The translations under genes were made by a program, and so were the position numbers. This document shows positions 31,683-43,261 of a stretch of 64,000 nt of DNA, piece by piece; positions within the stretch are counted from its first letter, which is position 1, and each line of letters opens with the position of its first letter. The notes under the pieces are model-generated. The model was not told the DNA's origin, ran no database searches, and was given only the letters and a program-made list of their open reading frames with translations. Origin of the DNA: an uncultured cyanobacterium (lineage in GTDB: Bacteria; Cyanobacteriota; Cyanobacteriia; Cyanobacteriales; CAWUOF01); assembly GCA_963744145.1 (NCBI GenBank), contig CAVUSO010000001.1, positions 4,512,001 to 4,576,000 of the forward strand, read 5' to 3'.

Positions 31683-31820
31683 CTTGTTCAATCATCTAAG
31701 TGGTATATTTTAACTATGTCAGCTAATTTTGCTTTAGGTGGATGGGTTACACTTTTTGAAACTAACAACGGAGATTTTTCGTATATATACCATATAATTT
31801 AACAAATTTTACCTAAAATA

Positions 31821-34160
31821 ATGAGTCAAACCACCGATTTCCTGCATTCTCTCAATCCCAGTCAACGTCAATCCGTTGAACACTTTTGTGGACCATTATT
31901 AGTTGTTGCTGGAGCTGGTTCGGGTAAAACTCGGGCTCTAACCTACCGGGTTGCGAACTTAATTCGGACTCATCATGTGAATCCGGAAAATATTCTGGCT
32001 GTGACTTTTACTAATAAAGCAGCCAGGGAAATGAAAGAGCGAATTGAAAAGTTATTTGCTCAACAGTTATCTTTAGAAAAATTCGGTAAATCTTTTGATG
32101 CTTTACCACCAGTAGAGCAAACTAAAATGCGATCGCGGGTTTATAAAACCTATATTAAACCTCTTTGGGTCGGAACTTTTCACAGTCTTTGCGCCAGGAT
32201 TTTACGTTATGATATTGAGAAATATCAAGATGAAAAAGGACGCAAATGGACGCGCACTTTTTCGATTTTTGATGAATCTGATGTGCAAAGTTTAATTAAA
32301 GAAATTGTCACTAAAAAGCTCGGTTTGGATGATAAAAAATTTGAGCCTCGGAAAGTCCGCTATGAAATTAGTGCTGCTAAAAATCAAGGATTATCTCCCC
32401 GTGAATATGAATTAGAAGAATCTAGTTATCGAGGAAGGACGATCGCGAATGTCTATAGTCTCTATCAGGATGCTCTAGTTGCTAATAATGCTTTTGATTT
32501 TGATGATTTAATTCGCATTCCGGTGGAATTATTCCTGCAAAATGAGATTGTGCTTGATTATTGGCACCGTCAATTTCATCATATTTTAGTGGATGAATAT
32601 CAAGATACTAACCGCACTCAGTACAATTTAATTCGCTTATTGGTAACCAATGGTCAAGCAGCAAATTTATTTTCTAATTGGTCAAACCGGTCGATTTTTG
32701 TCGTTGGTGATGTTGATCAATCTATTTATAGTTTCCGCATGGCTGATTATACTATATTATTAGAATTTCAGCAAGATTTTGGGGATGGATTGTCCGATGA
32801 GCAAACTGAGACCATGGTCAAGCTAGAGGAAAATTATCGGTCTACGGAAAATATTCTGCAAGTTGCTAACCATTTAATTAACAATAATACCGAGCGGATT
32901 GATAAAGTGTTACGTCCTACTCGTGGAGCAGGGGAACCGATTTATTGTCAACGTGCTGATCATGAAATTGATGAAGCAGAGTTTGTGATTAAACAAATTC
33001 GGACGATGGAACACAAACACCCAGAATTAGACTGGGGAGCTTTTGCAATTCTTTATCGGACTAATGCTCAATCCCGTTCCTTTGAAGAAGTGCTAGTCCA
33101 GACCAATGTACCTTATCAAGTAGTGGGAGGATTGAGATTTTACGATCGCAAGGAAGTGAAAGATGTTTTAGCTTATTTACGCATAATTGCTAATCCAGCA
33201 GATAGTGTGAGTTTAAGACGGATCATTAATACTCCCACCCGCGGAATTGGGAAAACCAGTTTAGATCGTTTAGAAGATATTGCGCTCCAATTAAATGTTC
33301 CCTTGTGGGAAATTATTAGTGAAGAAACCTCAGTTAATACAGTAGCTGGAAGAGCAGCAAAAGCAGTCAATAACTTTGCTCAGATGATTAAGCATTGGCA
33401 AAATCAAATCGAAACCCTCTCAGCTGGGGATATTTTTCGAGGAATTATTGATGATTCTGGTTATCTTAAAGATTTAGAAGCACAGGGAACAGATGAAGCT
33501 CAAGAACGACAACAAAATGTCGAACAATTATATAATGCTATCTTGCAATTTGCTGAAGAAAATGAAGACAATTCCTTAACTGGATTTTTAGCTAATGCTT
33601 CCCTTGCTTCCGATTTAGATGATTTAAAAGCAGGAGATAAAGCCGTATCATTAATGACTCTCCATTCAGCGAAAGGGTTAGAGTTTCCGATTGTGTTTAT
33701 GGTGGGAATGGAAGATGGATTATTTCCCAATTTTCGGAGTTTAGATGATCCAAAAGCGATCGAAGAAGAACGTCGTTTATGCTATGTGGGAATTACTAGA
33801 GCCCAAGAGCGATTATTTCTCAGTTATGCTACCGATCGACGTTTATGGGGATCGTATCAAAAAACCATTCCTTCGCGGTTTTTGAAAGAACTACCAACAG
33901 ATTTATTAGAGGGAAATGCGGTTAATAAAGGACGCAAAAAGTCAACAGTTACGAAAACAAAAGAAACTAAAACTGAAGTGAAGACAGTCAAGGAAAATCA
34001 TTGGAAAGTTGGCGATCGAATTATCCATCCATCATGGGGAATTGGTCAAATCAGTATGATTTTTGGTGAAGGAGAAAAAACTTCTTTAGCGATTAAATTT
34101 CCCAATGCTGGACAAAAAATTATTGATCCAAAAACCGCTAAATTGCAACATTTGGAATAA
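31821..34160 (+). CDS. pcrA: ATP-dependent DNA helicase PcrA/UvrD
   Basis: AGAGSGKT, VDEYQDTN, LEENYRST, HSAKGLEFP and EEERRLCYVGITRA motifs. Confidence 0.97.
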   Translation: MSQTTDFLHSLNPSQRQSVEHFCGPLLVVAGAGSGKTRALTYRVANLIRTHHVNPENILAVTFTNKAAREMKERIEKLFAQQLSLEKFGKSFDALPPVEQTKMRSRVYKTYIKPLWVGTFHSLCARILRYDIEKYQDEKGRKWTRTFSIFDESDVQSLIKEIVTKKLGLDDKKFEPRKVRYEISAAKNQGLSPREYELEESSYRGRTIANVYSLYQDALVANNAFDFDDLIRIPVELFLQNEIVLDYWHRQFHHILVDEYQDTNRTQYNLIRLLVTNGQAANLFSNWSNRSIFVVGDVDQSIYSFRMADYTILLEFQQDFGDGLSDEQTETMVKLEENYRSTENILQVANHLINNNTERIDKVLRPTRGAGEPIYCQRADHEIDEAEFVIKQIRTMEHKHPELDWGAFAILYRTNAQSRSFEEVLVQTNVPYQVVGGLRFYDRKEVKDVLAYLRIIANPADSVSLRRIINTPTRGIGKTSLDRLEDIALQLNVPLWEIISEETSVNTVAGRAAKAVNNFAQMIKHWQNQIETLSAGDIFRGIIDDSGYLKDLEAQGTDEAQERQQNVEQLYNAILQFAEENEDNSLTGFLANASLASDLDDLKAGDKAVSLMTLHSAKGLEFPIVFMVGMEDGLFPNFRSLDDPKAIEEERRLCYVGITRAQERLFLSYATDRRLWGSYQKTIPSRFLKELPTDLLEGNAVNKGRKKSTVTKTKETKTEVKTVKENHWKVGDRIIHPSWGIGQISMIFGEGEKTSLAIKFPNAGQKIIDPKTAKLQHLE

Positions 34161-34240
34161 GTTAAATTAGCCAATGCCAAGATCGGTGAGGTCGGGCAGG
34201 TTTATCATAGTTATCTGTTAGTGACCACCTACTGATGATA

Positions 34241-37147
34241 TTATTTCTGAACTGGTCTAATAATTGCTGGAATGATGGGTTTAGCTGGTTGAAATATGGC
34301 TTTAATTGACTGCTCTAGGGTTGGTGCCATGACAATCTGATTTTGGTAAACTACTATTACTCTTGCTAAAGTTGGTAAACTATTCTTTTCTGCTTCTAGA
34401 TAAAGTGGCTCGACATATAGGAGCGATCGCTCGATCGGAATCACTAATAAATTACCTTGCAATGCTCTTGCTCCTTCACGATTCCAGAGGCTAATTTGTT
34501 GAGAAATAACTGGGTCTTGATTAATTAAAGCTTCGATTTGTTCAACTCCATAAATTAGTTCTTGTTTAGGAAATTTATAAAGTAATAATTTGCCATATTC
34601 TTTGCTATCTGAACTTGCTGCTAACCAAGCAATTAAATTAGTCCGTTTGGTCGGGGTAAAAGGTAAAAGTAGGATAAATTCTTCAGTTGCTTCTGTCGGC
34701 AGTTTCATAATCAGATAATATGGTTCTACAGGTTGCATTTCTCGACCATAAATCTCGATGGGAACTTGCCATTGATCCTCCCGATTATAGAATACTTGTG
34801 GATCTTCCATGTGGTAGGTCAGTAATCGTTCCGATTGAATACTAAATAAATCTCCAGGATAGCGAAGATGACTCCTTAGTGCGTTAGGGATCTCATTAAG
34901 TGGTTTAAACATTCCTGGAAAAATTTGCATCCAACTAGTAATAATTGGCTCTTGCAGATCCGTTACATAAAATGTAATATCACCATGGTAAGCATCAATG
35001 ACTATTTTCACTGAGTTGCGAATATAATTAAATTCTTTTTTTCCCGGATCAGAATAGGGATAATGATCACTGGTAGTATAAGCATCAATAATCCAATATA
35101 AATAATTTTCGGTTGGTGATGGTCGGGAATCTGGATGTAAATTAGCTACTACTAAATAAGGATCACTGTCATAACGTAAAAATGGTGCGATCGCCCGAAT
35201 TCTTTGATTGATATTTCGTCTAAAGAGAATTTTGGTATTATTGGTAAAATTCCGAGTTAGTAACATTTGCCAATCATTGAGATATTTAGCAAACAATAAT
35301 TTACGTCCAATTGAGTTAATATTTATCCCACCATTACCATCATAATGATTATAAATATTTTCATTTCCATTCGGATAATCTAATTCCTGCACTTGAGTTG
35401 GTACGATTACATAAGTATTAGTAATTTCACCATAATAAATGCGAGGATGAGCAGTAGGAATGCTATTTTTAATCCGATCGCTTGAAGTTTTTAAGTCACC
35501 TCCACCCGCATCTATTCCAATATCTTTCACAAAATAATCTGGTAATCCTCCCGGAGCAACTTTATTCACTGGACTAACTGTAAATCCATATCCATGGGTA
35601 TAAATTAAATGTTCATTGACCCAAGTCTGAGCTTCAATTGGTACTGCATTATAATCTAATTCCCTTGCAGCTAAAATTACTTGTTGTTTCTCACTATGAT
35701 CAGGATTTTTACTAGTTAATTCGGGTTTTAAGCTATAGCGATCGATATCAGCATTGACAAACTTATAATAGGGACGAATTTGCTGTAATTGTCGATTAGT
35801 TTGTAAAAGTGGACGAGTATCCCACAAACGAATATTGCGAATTGTTAGATGATTTTTCTGAATATCAGTATCAGTCAGTTTACCTTCAGGATTAAAAACT
35901 TTGTCTTCAATACTATCTAAATTAAATGCCTGTCTGGTAAAATTAATACTATGTTGAATATAAGGACGTTCTCGGGCAATTTCATTCGGTTGAACTAGTA
36001 AACGTTGTAATATTGCTGGTAAAATTGAGCCCGCGATCGCACCAATTGTTAAATATATTAATAAACTATAAACTAAGCGGGAAAATCCGAATCGTGACCA
36101 TAACACTAATCCGACTTTTCCTGATAAAAAAAAACTTTGCCATAGTAAAAAGATACCGATGACTAAACCAATAAAGGTTAAAATTGTATAGATCGGTAAT
36201 TGGACATTTACTGCGGTAAACCCAGCACCATAGAAAACTGTACCTTGATGATAAAGTAATTGATAACGTAATAACCAATAATACCAAGCTAAGACCAAAA
36301 TCAAAATTCCACCCAATCCATTTAAGTGCCGACGCTGTTTTGGAGTAAAATCAGGTAAACTACCTTGACTCAGACTGTTTCCCGAAAGTAAATAGATGAG
36401 AGTAACGGAAATTAAAACATATAAAAATAATCCAATTAACCAAAATTCTAATAGTTCTAAGACTGGTAATTTAAAGATATAAAAGCTAATATCTTGCTGA
36501 AATAAAGGGTCAATTTTATCAAAACTGATTGGGTGAAAGTATTGGAGAAATTTTGCCCAGTTTGCAGCTAAAATAAAGCTAAAACCGAGACTAAGTAAAA
36601 CCGAAATTATCCCTAATGAAACAAAAGGATTAACAATTACGCTAATAGTAACTATCAACAGTACAACTATTTCCGATAAATGAGAAGATAGTTCTTCTGA
36701 ACTTAGCAAAATTGATGCTAGATCAAAAGCAGATGGGATGGGAAGAGATACACTTGGGATATTCAGATCAGATGACCAGCAAGCGATCGCAATTTTGCCA
36801 TAGTGAATTAAAAGTAATCCGATCAGTAGACAAAAAGATATACTCAAAAATAGTAATATCCGTAACCTAAATTTAGGTGTTATATCTATTTTGGGAGGAA
36901 AGGGATGTTCAAATTGTTTAGCGATCGCCAAATTCCCAAGCATAAAAAATGCTGTGGTACTAAATCCGATCAACCACAGCAATATTTGAGTTTTAAACCT
37001 CAATAACCAAACTTGCAAATAGCCAATTTTTTCAAACCACAGGTATTCTACCCCGAGGTGAGAGAGCAAATCAAAACCTAGCCACAGCACTAACATGATT
37101 AAAAGTAGCCACCATTTGCTTTGCCAAAATTTACTCAACATAGGCAT
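34241..37147 (-). CDS. UPF0182-family membrane protein
   Basis: DPLFQQDISFYIF, VQPNE, NIRLWD, YTHGYG, NYIRNSVK and LLYVEPLYL motifs. Confidence 0.92.
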   Translation of the reverse strand: MPMLSKFWQSKWWLLLIMLVLWLGFDLLSHLGVEYLWFEKIGYLQVWLLRFKTQILLWLIGFSTTAFFMLGNLAIAKQFEHPFPPKIDITPKFRLRILLFLSISFCLLIGLLLIHYGKIAIACWSSDLNIPSVSLPIPSAFDLASILLSSEELSSHLSEIVVLLIVTISVIVNPFVSLGIISVLLSLGFSFILAANWAKFLQYFHPISFDKIDPLFQQDISFYIFKLPVLELLEFWLIGLFLYVLISVTLIYLLSGNSLSQGSLPDFTPKQRRHLNGLGGILILVLAWYYWLLRYQLLYHQGTVFYGAGFTAVNVQLPIYTILTFIGLVIGIFLLWQSFFLSGKVGLVLWSRFGFSRLVYSLLIYLTIGAIAGSILPAILQRLLVQPNEIARERPYIQHSINFTRQAFNLDSIEDKVFNPEGKLTDTDIQKNHLTIRNIRLWDTRPLLQTNRQLQQIRPYYKFVNADIDRYSLKPELTSKNPDHSEKQQVILAARELDYNAVPIEAQTWVNEHLIYTHGYGFTVSPVNKVAPGGLPDYFVKDIGIDAGGGDLKTSSDRIKNSIPTAHPRIYYGEITNTYVIVPTQVQELDYPNGNENIYNHYDGNGGININSIGRKLLFAKYLNDWQMLLTRNFTNNTKILFRRNINQRIRAIAPFLRYDSDPYLVVANLHPDSRPSPTENYLYWIIDAYTTSDHYPYSDPGKKEFNYIRNSVKIVIDAYHGDITFYVTDLQEPIITSWMQIFPGMFKPLNEIPNALRSHLRYPGDLFSIQSERLLTYHMEDPQVFYNREDQWQVPIEIYGREMQPVEPYYLIMKLPTEATEEFILLLPFTPTKRTNLIAWLAASSDSKEYGKLLLYKFPKQELIYGVEQIEALINQDPVISQQISLWNREGARALQGNLLVIPIERSLLYVEPLYLEAEKNSLPTLARVIVVYQNQIVMAPTLEQSIKAIFQPAKPIIPAIIRPVQK

Positions 37148-37177
37148 TAGAAATTGGTAGCACTCGGGTAATCAATG

Positions 37178-37364
37178 CAGGGCTGTTTCATGCTCGATTC
37201 CCATATAATGACCTAGCCCCCCAACCCCCAACCCTTAAGAGGGAAGGGGGAGTAATTCAGATGGTTAAATTGATGGGAAATTGAATAGCGAGTCATTCTT
37301 GCTCCCCTCTCCTTGTAGGAGAGGGGTTGGGGGAGAGGTCTTCTAGTAGCATGAAACAGCCATG
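37178..37364. mobile_element. 187-bp MITE with terminal inverted repeats and target-site duplication
   Basis: TIRs CAGGGCTGTTTCATGCT / AGCATGAAACAGCCATG (16/17). Flanking direct repeat GGGTAATCAATG / GGATAATCAATG (11/12). Confidence 0.82.
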
Positions 37365-37392
37365 GGATAATCAATGGGATGAGATCCTGTTG

Positions 37393-38691
37393 CTAGCTAT
37401 ATTGCTCTCCAGACCGATTTTCTGGTTCGAGATTAAACAGCATTTGCAAAGTTTGCATAGCTCGACGACGTGCTTCAATATCTTGCTGTGCCCGTAATTG
37501 CACCATCGGATCGTGAAGAATTTTATTAATAATCCCTCGCGTCAGAGCTTCAATCACTTCTTGATGTCTTTCGGCAAATTCCGAACCCAAACGCGAGAGT
37601 GCTTTTTCTAACTCTTGAGCCCGAATAGTTTCCATTTTATCTCGCAGACAGCTAATTGTCGGCACCGTTTCCAGCGATCGCCACCATACATCAAAAGCTT
37701 CTACTTCTTCTTCCAGCAATACCTCCGCAGCTTTAGCCATTTGCCGACGGCTTTCTTGGTTTTGAGCTACCACTGCTTTCAAATCATCCACATTAAAAGC
37801 TTGCACATTAGCCAATTGATTGACATCACTATCCACATTACGTGGTACAGAAATATCAAACAACATTAACTGCTGCTCTGGGGCTAAAACTGCGGCTAAT
37901 TTGGCTTGATTTAACAGGGGATCTGTCGCTGAAGTGCTAGTAAAAACGATATCCGACTCGGCGATCGCACTCATCATTTCTCCCAGGGGATAAATCTGGA
38001 GAGATGCTTGAGGAAACTGATTAGCTAATTCCTGAGCTCCTTTGTGGGAACGATTCACAATCGCAATTTTCTCAGTCCCTTTCGCTAGTAGGTGCTGGAC
38101 TAATAACCGTGACATTTTCCCAGCACCAACAATTGTTACCCGCTGACTAGCTAGATTTTCGACTTTCAGGTGAGCTAATTCTACTGCTGCTGAACTAATT
38201 GAAACAGCACCAGTACCAATATTAGTCTCAGTCCGAACTCGTTTACCTGCGGTAATTGCCTGTTTAAACAGACGATTTAACAGACGTCCAATTCCTTTAA
38301 ACTGCTGACAAATTTGGTAAGTTTGCTTAACTTGAGCGAGGATTTGTCCTTCTCCTAATACCAAACTATCAAGTCCAGCAGCTACCCGCATGATGTGCAT
38401 GACTGCATCTTCATGGAGGAGAATAAATAGATGTTGACGCAATTGCGCCATCGGTAATTGGGAGTAATCCGATAGAAATTGACGAATTTCGGCAATTCCT
38501 GGCTCAGTTTCGCTAGTAACGATATAAATTTCTAGACGGTTGCAGGTACTGAGGATAGCAACCTCTTCAATGTGGGGATAGACCATTAAAGCAGCGATCG
38601 CTTTTTCTGTTTGGGGTTCGGGAATGCTAAGTTTTTCGCGAACTTCCACAGGTGCTGTCTTATGGCTCAGACCTACTACTGCAATGTTCAT
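37393..38691 (-). CDS. hemA: Glutamyl-tRNA reductase
   Basis: [33 protein letters not shown] and DISVPRN motifs. Confidence 0.98.
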   Translation of the reverse strand: MNIAVVGLSHKTAPVEVREKLSIPEPQTEKAIAALMVYPHIEEVAILSTCNRLEIYIVTSETEPGIAEIRQFLSDYSQLPMAQLRQHLFILLHEDAVMHIMRVAAGLDSLVLGEGQILAQVKQTYQICQQFKGIGRLLNRLFKQAITAGKRVRTETNIGTGAVSISSAAVELAHLKVENLASQRVTIVGAGKMSRLLVQHLLAKGTEKIAIVNRSHKGAQELANQFPQASLQIYPLGEMMSAIAESDIVFTSTSATDPLLNQAKLAAVLAPEQQLMLFDISVPRNVDSDVNQLANVQAFNVDDLKAVVAQNQESRRQMAKAAEVLLEEEVEAFDVWWRSLETVPTISCLRDKMETIRAQELEKALSRLGSEFAERHQEVIEALTRGIINKILHDPMVQLRAQQDIEARRRAMQTLQMLFNLEPENRSGEQYS

Positions 38692-38701
38692 TTGCTAAGG
38701 G

Positions 38702-38762
38702 TTAATTGTTAAGTGTTAATTGCTAATTGCTGATTGAGTAATAGGTAATGAGTAATGGGTAA
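38702..38762. repeat. Degenerate heptameric tandem repeats (STRR-like)
   Basis: TAATTGC, TGATTGA, GTAATAG, GTAATGA, GTAATGG units between glpX and hemA. Confidence 0.55.
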
Positions 38763-38833
38763 ATAGATCATCAGAACTGCTTCTGCATACCTACTGTGCC
38801 CTCACCCATAACCTATCCACAATAATTTAGTGA

Positions 38834-39871
38834 CTACCTTAATTGCAGCGTTTTGGGTGCTTCAAACATATGAATCGTATCCACAAAACGAGCAGTTTTT
38901 GATTGACTGGATATTACCAGACTTTGAGTCCGGGCACCACCATGAAAATAGCGGACACCTTCCATCAGCGTCCCAGGGGTGATCCCACAGGCAGCAAATA
39001 GAACTGTTTGGCCACTAGCTAATTCATGGGCATCATAAACTTTATCAGGATTGGTAATCCCCATTTCGTTTAAGCGAGCGATGTTGCTTTCTTTACTTTC
39101 TCCAATCAGACCAGTTTTCACGATCTCTGGGTCATAGATTAATTGACCTTGGAAGTGTCCACCTAAACAACGCATTGCCGCAGCTGAGATTACACCTTCT
39201 GGGGCGGCACCGATGCCCATTAAAGCATGAATATTGCTACCAGAGAAGGCACAACATAGCGCCGCAGAAACATCTCCATCACTAATTAGACGAACTCTTG
39301 CTCCCGCTTGACGGATTTCTTGAATCAGTTCTTTGTGACGAGGGCGATCCATGACGACCACCACTAATTCTTCCACTGAACGATCCATACATTCCGAGAT
39401 AATTTGCAGATTTTGGGTCGCGGTCTTGTTAATATCGACATGGCCTTTTGCTACTGGGGGCGCGGCTAACTTTTTCATATAAAAGTCAGGTGCTGCAAAC
39501 AGACCACCCTTTTCAGAAATTGCTAGCACTGCCATTGAACCGTTTTGACCGTAAGCTACTAAGTTGGTGCCTTCGCAAGGGTCAACCGCGATGTCGATTT
39601 CGACCAGTTCATCGGGATTGCAATATTGAGCCGCATCAGGCTGAGTACATATACCTACTTCTTCTCCGATATACAACATCGGAGCTTCATCTCTTTCTCC
39701 TTCACCAATTACGATCCGACCGCGCATATGAATTTTGTTCATCCGCTCTCGCATCGCTTCTACTGCTACCTCATCTGCGGTATTTTTTTCACCTTTACCC
39801 ATCCAACGAGCAGAAGCGATCGCAGCTTGCTCTACTACTTCAATAATTTCTAGTCCGAGCGTGTTCTCCAA
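38834..39871 (-). CDS. glpX: Bifunctional FBPase/SBPase class II
   Basis: [27 protein letters not shown] and GAAPEGV motifs. Confidence 0.97.
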   Translation of the reverse strand: MENTLGLEIIEVVEQAAIASARWMGKGEKNTADEVAVEAMRERMNKIHMRGRIVIGEGERDEAPMLYIGEEVGICTQPDAAQYCNPDELVEIDIAVDPCEGTNLVAYGQNGSMAVLAISEKGGLFAAPDFYMKKLAAPPVAKGHVDINKTATQNLQIISECMDRSVEELVVVVMDRPRHKELIQEIRQAGARVRLISDGDVSAALCCAFSGSNIHALMGIGAAPEGVISAAAMRCLGGHFQGQLIYDPEIVKTGLIGESKESNIARLNEMGITNPDKVYDAHELASGQTVLFAACGITPGTLMEGVRYFHGGARTQSLVISSQSKTARFVDTIHMFEAPKTLQLR

Positions 39872-40108
39872 GGGGTCTCTCCTCCCAACTGCTTGATTTG
39901 GCGTTGTTGTGTCTACCTATGTCAGTATTTCAGTCTATCAGAGCGTGGCTATCCCGATAAACCAGTCATGGTTCAGTATTTGTTAAGTTTTGCTGCAATT
40001 AGGGCGGGCTGGATTTGGATTTTGCTTGTGATATACTAGAGCAATTTCGTAGCACCTTGACCCAAGTTGTTTCAAATTGTTTCACATCATTGACTTATAG
40101 TTGTTAAT

Positions 40109-42562
40109 ATGCTAAAAGCACAAATTTGCAAGATAGCTGGTAGTCTGGTTTTCGTTAATCTGTTATCAGTGAGTGCTGCGATCGCCCAAATAGTTCCTGA
40201 TGCAACTTTACCAGTCAATTCTCTAGTTACTAATAGTAATAATACCATTACTATCACTGGTGGGACTAAGGTTGGGGGGAATTTATTTCATAGTTTTAAA
40301 GATTTTTCAGTGCCGACTAAAGGCACAGCATTTTTTAATAATACATTAGATACTCAAAATATTATTACTCGGGTGACAGGTAGTTCGATTTCTAATCTAG
40401 ATGGGACCCTCAAAGCTAATGGAACAGCTAATTTATTTTTAATCAATCCCAATGGGATTAATTTTGGGACTAATGCTGCTTTAAATATCGGTGGTTCGTT
40501 TTTAGGAAGTACAGCGAATAGTATTAGTTTTGCCGATGGAACAGTATTTAGTGCAACGAATCCACCAACGTCACCATTATTGACAATCAGTATACCAATG
40601 GGGTTACAGGTTGGGTCAAATGCGGGAGCTATTAATGTGACTGGTCCTGGTGCTAATTTAACTACTGATGCACTGTTATCTCACCTGATTAGAGGAAATA
40701 ACCCGACCAATCTCCAAGTAGCACCTGGACAATCTTTAGCATTAATTGGAGGTGCGATTAATGTACAAGGAGGTATATTAGTAGCACCAGGAGGACGGAT
40801 TGAATTAGGAAGTATTGGTACTGGGAACGTGAATTTTAATTCTACGGGAACTGGATGGATTTTTAATTATCAAAATGCCCAAAATTTTAATGATATTAAC
40901 TTATCTCAACTAGCATTAGTTGATGCTAGTAGTAGTAATGGTGGTGGATTTATTTCTGTGCAAGGTCGAAACGTAATTTTGAATAGTGGTGCAGTATTTT
41001 TGATTGAGAATGATGGTAGTCAAACAACTGGAGATATTAATGTTAACGCATCGGAATCTGTCCAATTAACTGGTTTATCCGCCGATGGAACTATTCCTAG
41101 TAGTTTTTTTAATCAAGCAATCAGCTCGGGAAATGGCGGAAATATAAATATTTCAACTAAAAGATTTTCTGCCCAGAATTCAGCCCAAGTCAGTACGGTC
41201 AATACGAGTAGTGGTAAAAGTGGTGATCTTAATTTAAATGCTTCTGAATCGGTTGAATCAAGCAATAATGCAGCTAGTATTAGTGTTGCTACTTTTGGTG
41301 AAGGAGATGCGGGTAATCTTAATATATCAACGAATAAATTAAGTGTTTTACAGGGAGCAAATATCCTGAATACATCCTTTAGTTCTGGGAAAGGAGGAAA
41401 ATTAAATATTTTGGCAAATGACATAGAAATTATTGGAGTAGGTATTTATTTATCAACTAACTTTTTTAGTCAAATTGGGGTAACAGCCTACAGTAAAGGA
41501 AATGGTGGTAGTTTAACAATTAATACCTCAATTTTAAATATTCAGAATGCCGGAGAACTGACAAGTTCAACTTATGCAAGTGGTCAAGCTGGAGATCTTG
41601 TCATCAATGCTCTTAAGTCCGTAGAAGTAAATGGTAAAGTATCAGGATTTGTAAATCCATCTCTGATTACGGCATCTGCTGATATTGTCAATCCAGATTT
41701 GCAAGCATTTTTAGGAGTACCTCCTATTCCCAGTGGAATATCAGGAACATTAACAATCAATACTCCAAAATTAAGTGTGATGAATGGAGGTTTAGTCAGT
41801 GTCAAAAATCAGGGTTCAGGTAATGCTGGGACACTGAAAATAAATTCTGGCTCAATTTTTTTGAATAACGCTGGAGGCATTACTGCTACTACTACTAACG
41901 GTGAAGGTGGTAATATTATTTTACAAGGGCAAAATATAACATTACGCCATTCCAGTAATATTACAGCTACTGCTGCTGGAACTGGGAATGGAGGTAACCT
42001 GGATCTTAATACAGATAACTTGGTTCTTTTAGAAAATAGTGATATTACTGCTAATGCGATTAAAGGTCGAGGTGGTAATATTAACATTAATGCTCAAGGG
42101 TTATTTAGTTCTTCTGGGAGCCAAATTACCGCAGTGTCTCAATTGGGAATTAATGGTGTTGTGACGATTAAAACTCCTGATGTTGACCCCAATAAAGGGT
42201 TAGTAAATTTAGCCAAATCTACTCTCAATGCTGGTAGCTTAATTGGTAGTGCTTGCGATCGCTCTAAAGGAAGTAGTTTTTATTTAACTGGGAGAGGTGG
42301 AATTCCTCCCCAACCAACAGACTTTTTAAATCAGCCCATTGTGCTGGCTGATTTAGGTAATAATGGTCTGGGTAATCGTGAGTCAAAACTAAACCCAGAG
42401 GATCGACAAATTAGCAAGTCTAAATTATTGATTCCGGCTCAGATTCAAGAAGCAACCGGCTGGGAATTTAATCACCAAGGTCAGGTAGTTTTGACTGCGT
42501 TGCTGCCTAAATTTACGCTTCATTCCCTCTGGTTAAAATCGCCTGAGTGTCTTTCTCCCTAG
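40109..42562 (+). CDS. Filamentous haemagglutinin N-terminal (TPS) domain protein
   Basis: Signal peptide AIA-QIVPD, NLFHSF, NLFLINPNGI, beta-helical G/N-rich repeats and C-terminal TGRGGIP...EATGW. Confidence 0.92.
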   Translation: MLKAQICKIAGSLVFVNLLSVSAAIAQIVPDATLPVNSLVTNSNNTITITGGTKVGGNLFHSFKDFSVPTKGTAFFNNTLDTQNIITRVTGSSISNLDGTLKANGTANLFLINPNGINFGTNAALNIGGSFLGSTANSISFADGTVFSATNPPTSPLLTISIPMGLQVGSNAGAINVTGPGANLTTDALLSHLIRGNNPTNLQVAPGQSLALIGGAINVQGGILVAPGGRIELGSIGTGNVNFNSTGTGWIFNYQNAQNFNDINLSQLALVDASSSNGGGFISVQGRNVILNSGAVFLIENDGSQTTGDINVNASESVQLTGLSADGTIPSSFFNQAISSGNGGNINISTKRFSAQNSAQVSTVNTSSGKSGDLNLNASESVESSNNAASISVATFGEGDAGNLNISTNKLSVLQGANILNTSFSSGKGGKLNILANDIEIIGVGIYLSTNFFSQIGVTAYSKGNGGSLTINTSILNIQNAGELTSSTYASGQAGDLVINALKSVEVNGKVSGFVNPSLITASADIVNPDLQAFLGVPPIPSGISGTLTINTPKLSVMNGGLVSVKNQGSGNAGTLKINSGSIFLNNAGGITATTTNGEGGNIILQGQNITLRHSSNITATAAGTGNGGNLDLNTDNLVLLENSDITANAIKGRGGNININAQGLFSSSGSQITAVSQLGINGVVTIKTPDVDPNKGLVNLAKSTLNAGSLIGSACDRSKGSSFYLTGRGGIPPQPTDFLNQPIVLADLGNNGLGNRESKLNPEDRQISKSKLLIPAQIQEATGWEFNHQGQVVLTALLPKFTLHSLWLKSPECLSP

Positions 42563-42630
42563 CTTGATTTTTGTCAGCTATTTGTTTACTAAAGATACTT
42601 TGATAAAGTAATATGAGACCAGCTCAAGTA

Positions 42631-42680
42631 AGGAGTATCCCTATCTAAAGAAATAATTTTTCTATTCTATAGGGTACTCC
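42631..42680. terminator. Inverted repeat between convergent genes
   Basis: GGAGTATCCCTAT...ATAGGGTACTCC. Confidence 0.5.
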
Positions 42681-42702
42681 GATCAACCTCATAAAGCTTC
42701 GA

Positions 42703-43023
42703 TCAGCAAGTTACACCAGTAATAGATACATTCTCACCTTGAATAAAGGCAAGAATTCTGCTATCTTCAAGACCTTCAGGTCGAGGATTTAAGGGAATTT
42801 GAAAAAATACAGTCCCAGATTCAGTTCCTCGAAGGATAAACTCGGCACCAGGTCCCATACATACATGGACACTGACAAAATCTTCCACTTCTAGTCCAGC
42901 TTCCCGAATAACTTCACCTGGATGATGGATAAATCTTTGTTTGAATTCCTCATCCATCCATGCTCGAGCAATTAATTTCGATATTTCTAACTCCCATCTT
43001 TTCCAATTATCGGGAAAAGCCAT
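42703..43023 (-). CDS. Nitrile-hydratase-like leader peptide (NHLP) family small protein
   Basis: KLIARAWMDEEFKQRFIHHPGEVIREAG and IPLNPRP match the NHLP leader pattern. Confidence 0.75.
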   Translation of the reverse strand: MAFPDNWKRWELEISKLIARAWMDEEFKQRFIHHPGEVIREAGLEVEDFVSVHVCMGPGAEFILRGTESGTVFFQIPLNPRPEGLEDSRILAFIQGENVSITGVTC

Positions 43024-43261
43024 GTTTTATTCTCCTCGGTTTAATAACACTAAGATTCTGAACTTTAACAAATTTAGGTCTTTGTAATACACCCAAAATT
43101 TGTTTTGTGCCTAATTCTACCTGACTATACCTTAAAGATCAGCAGATGGTTTATTTTTAATAAAATTTTATTCATTTATTAACCTGATCAAGGTAGACAA
43201 AAACACTTTGGTCAATGCTTTAGTACAATTTATCCCAATTTAGATGCACTTACCCTGGTTT

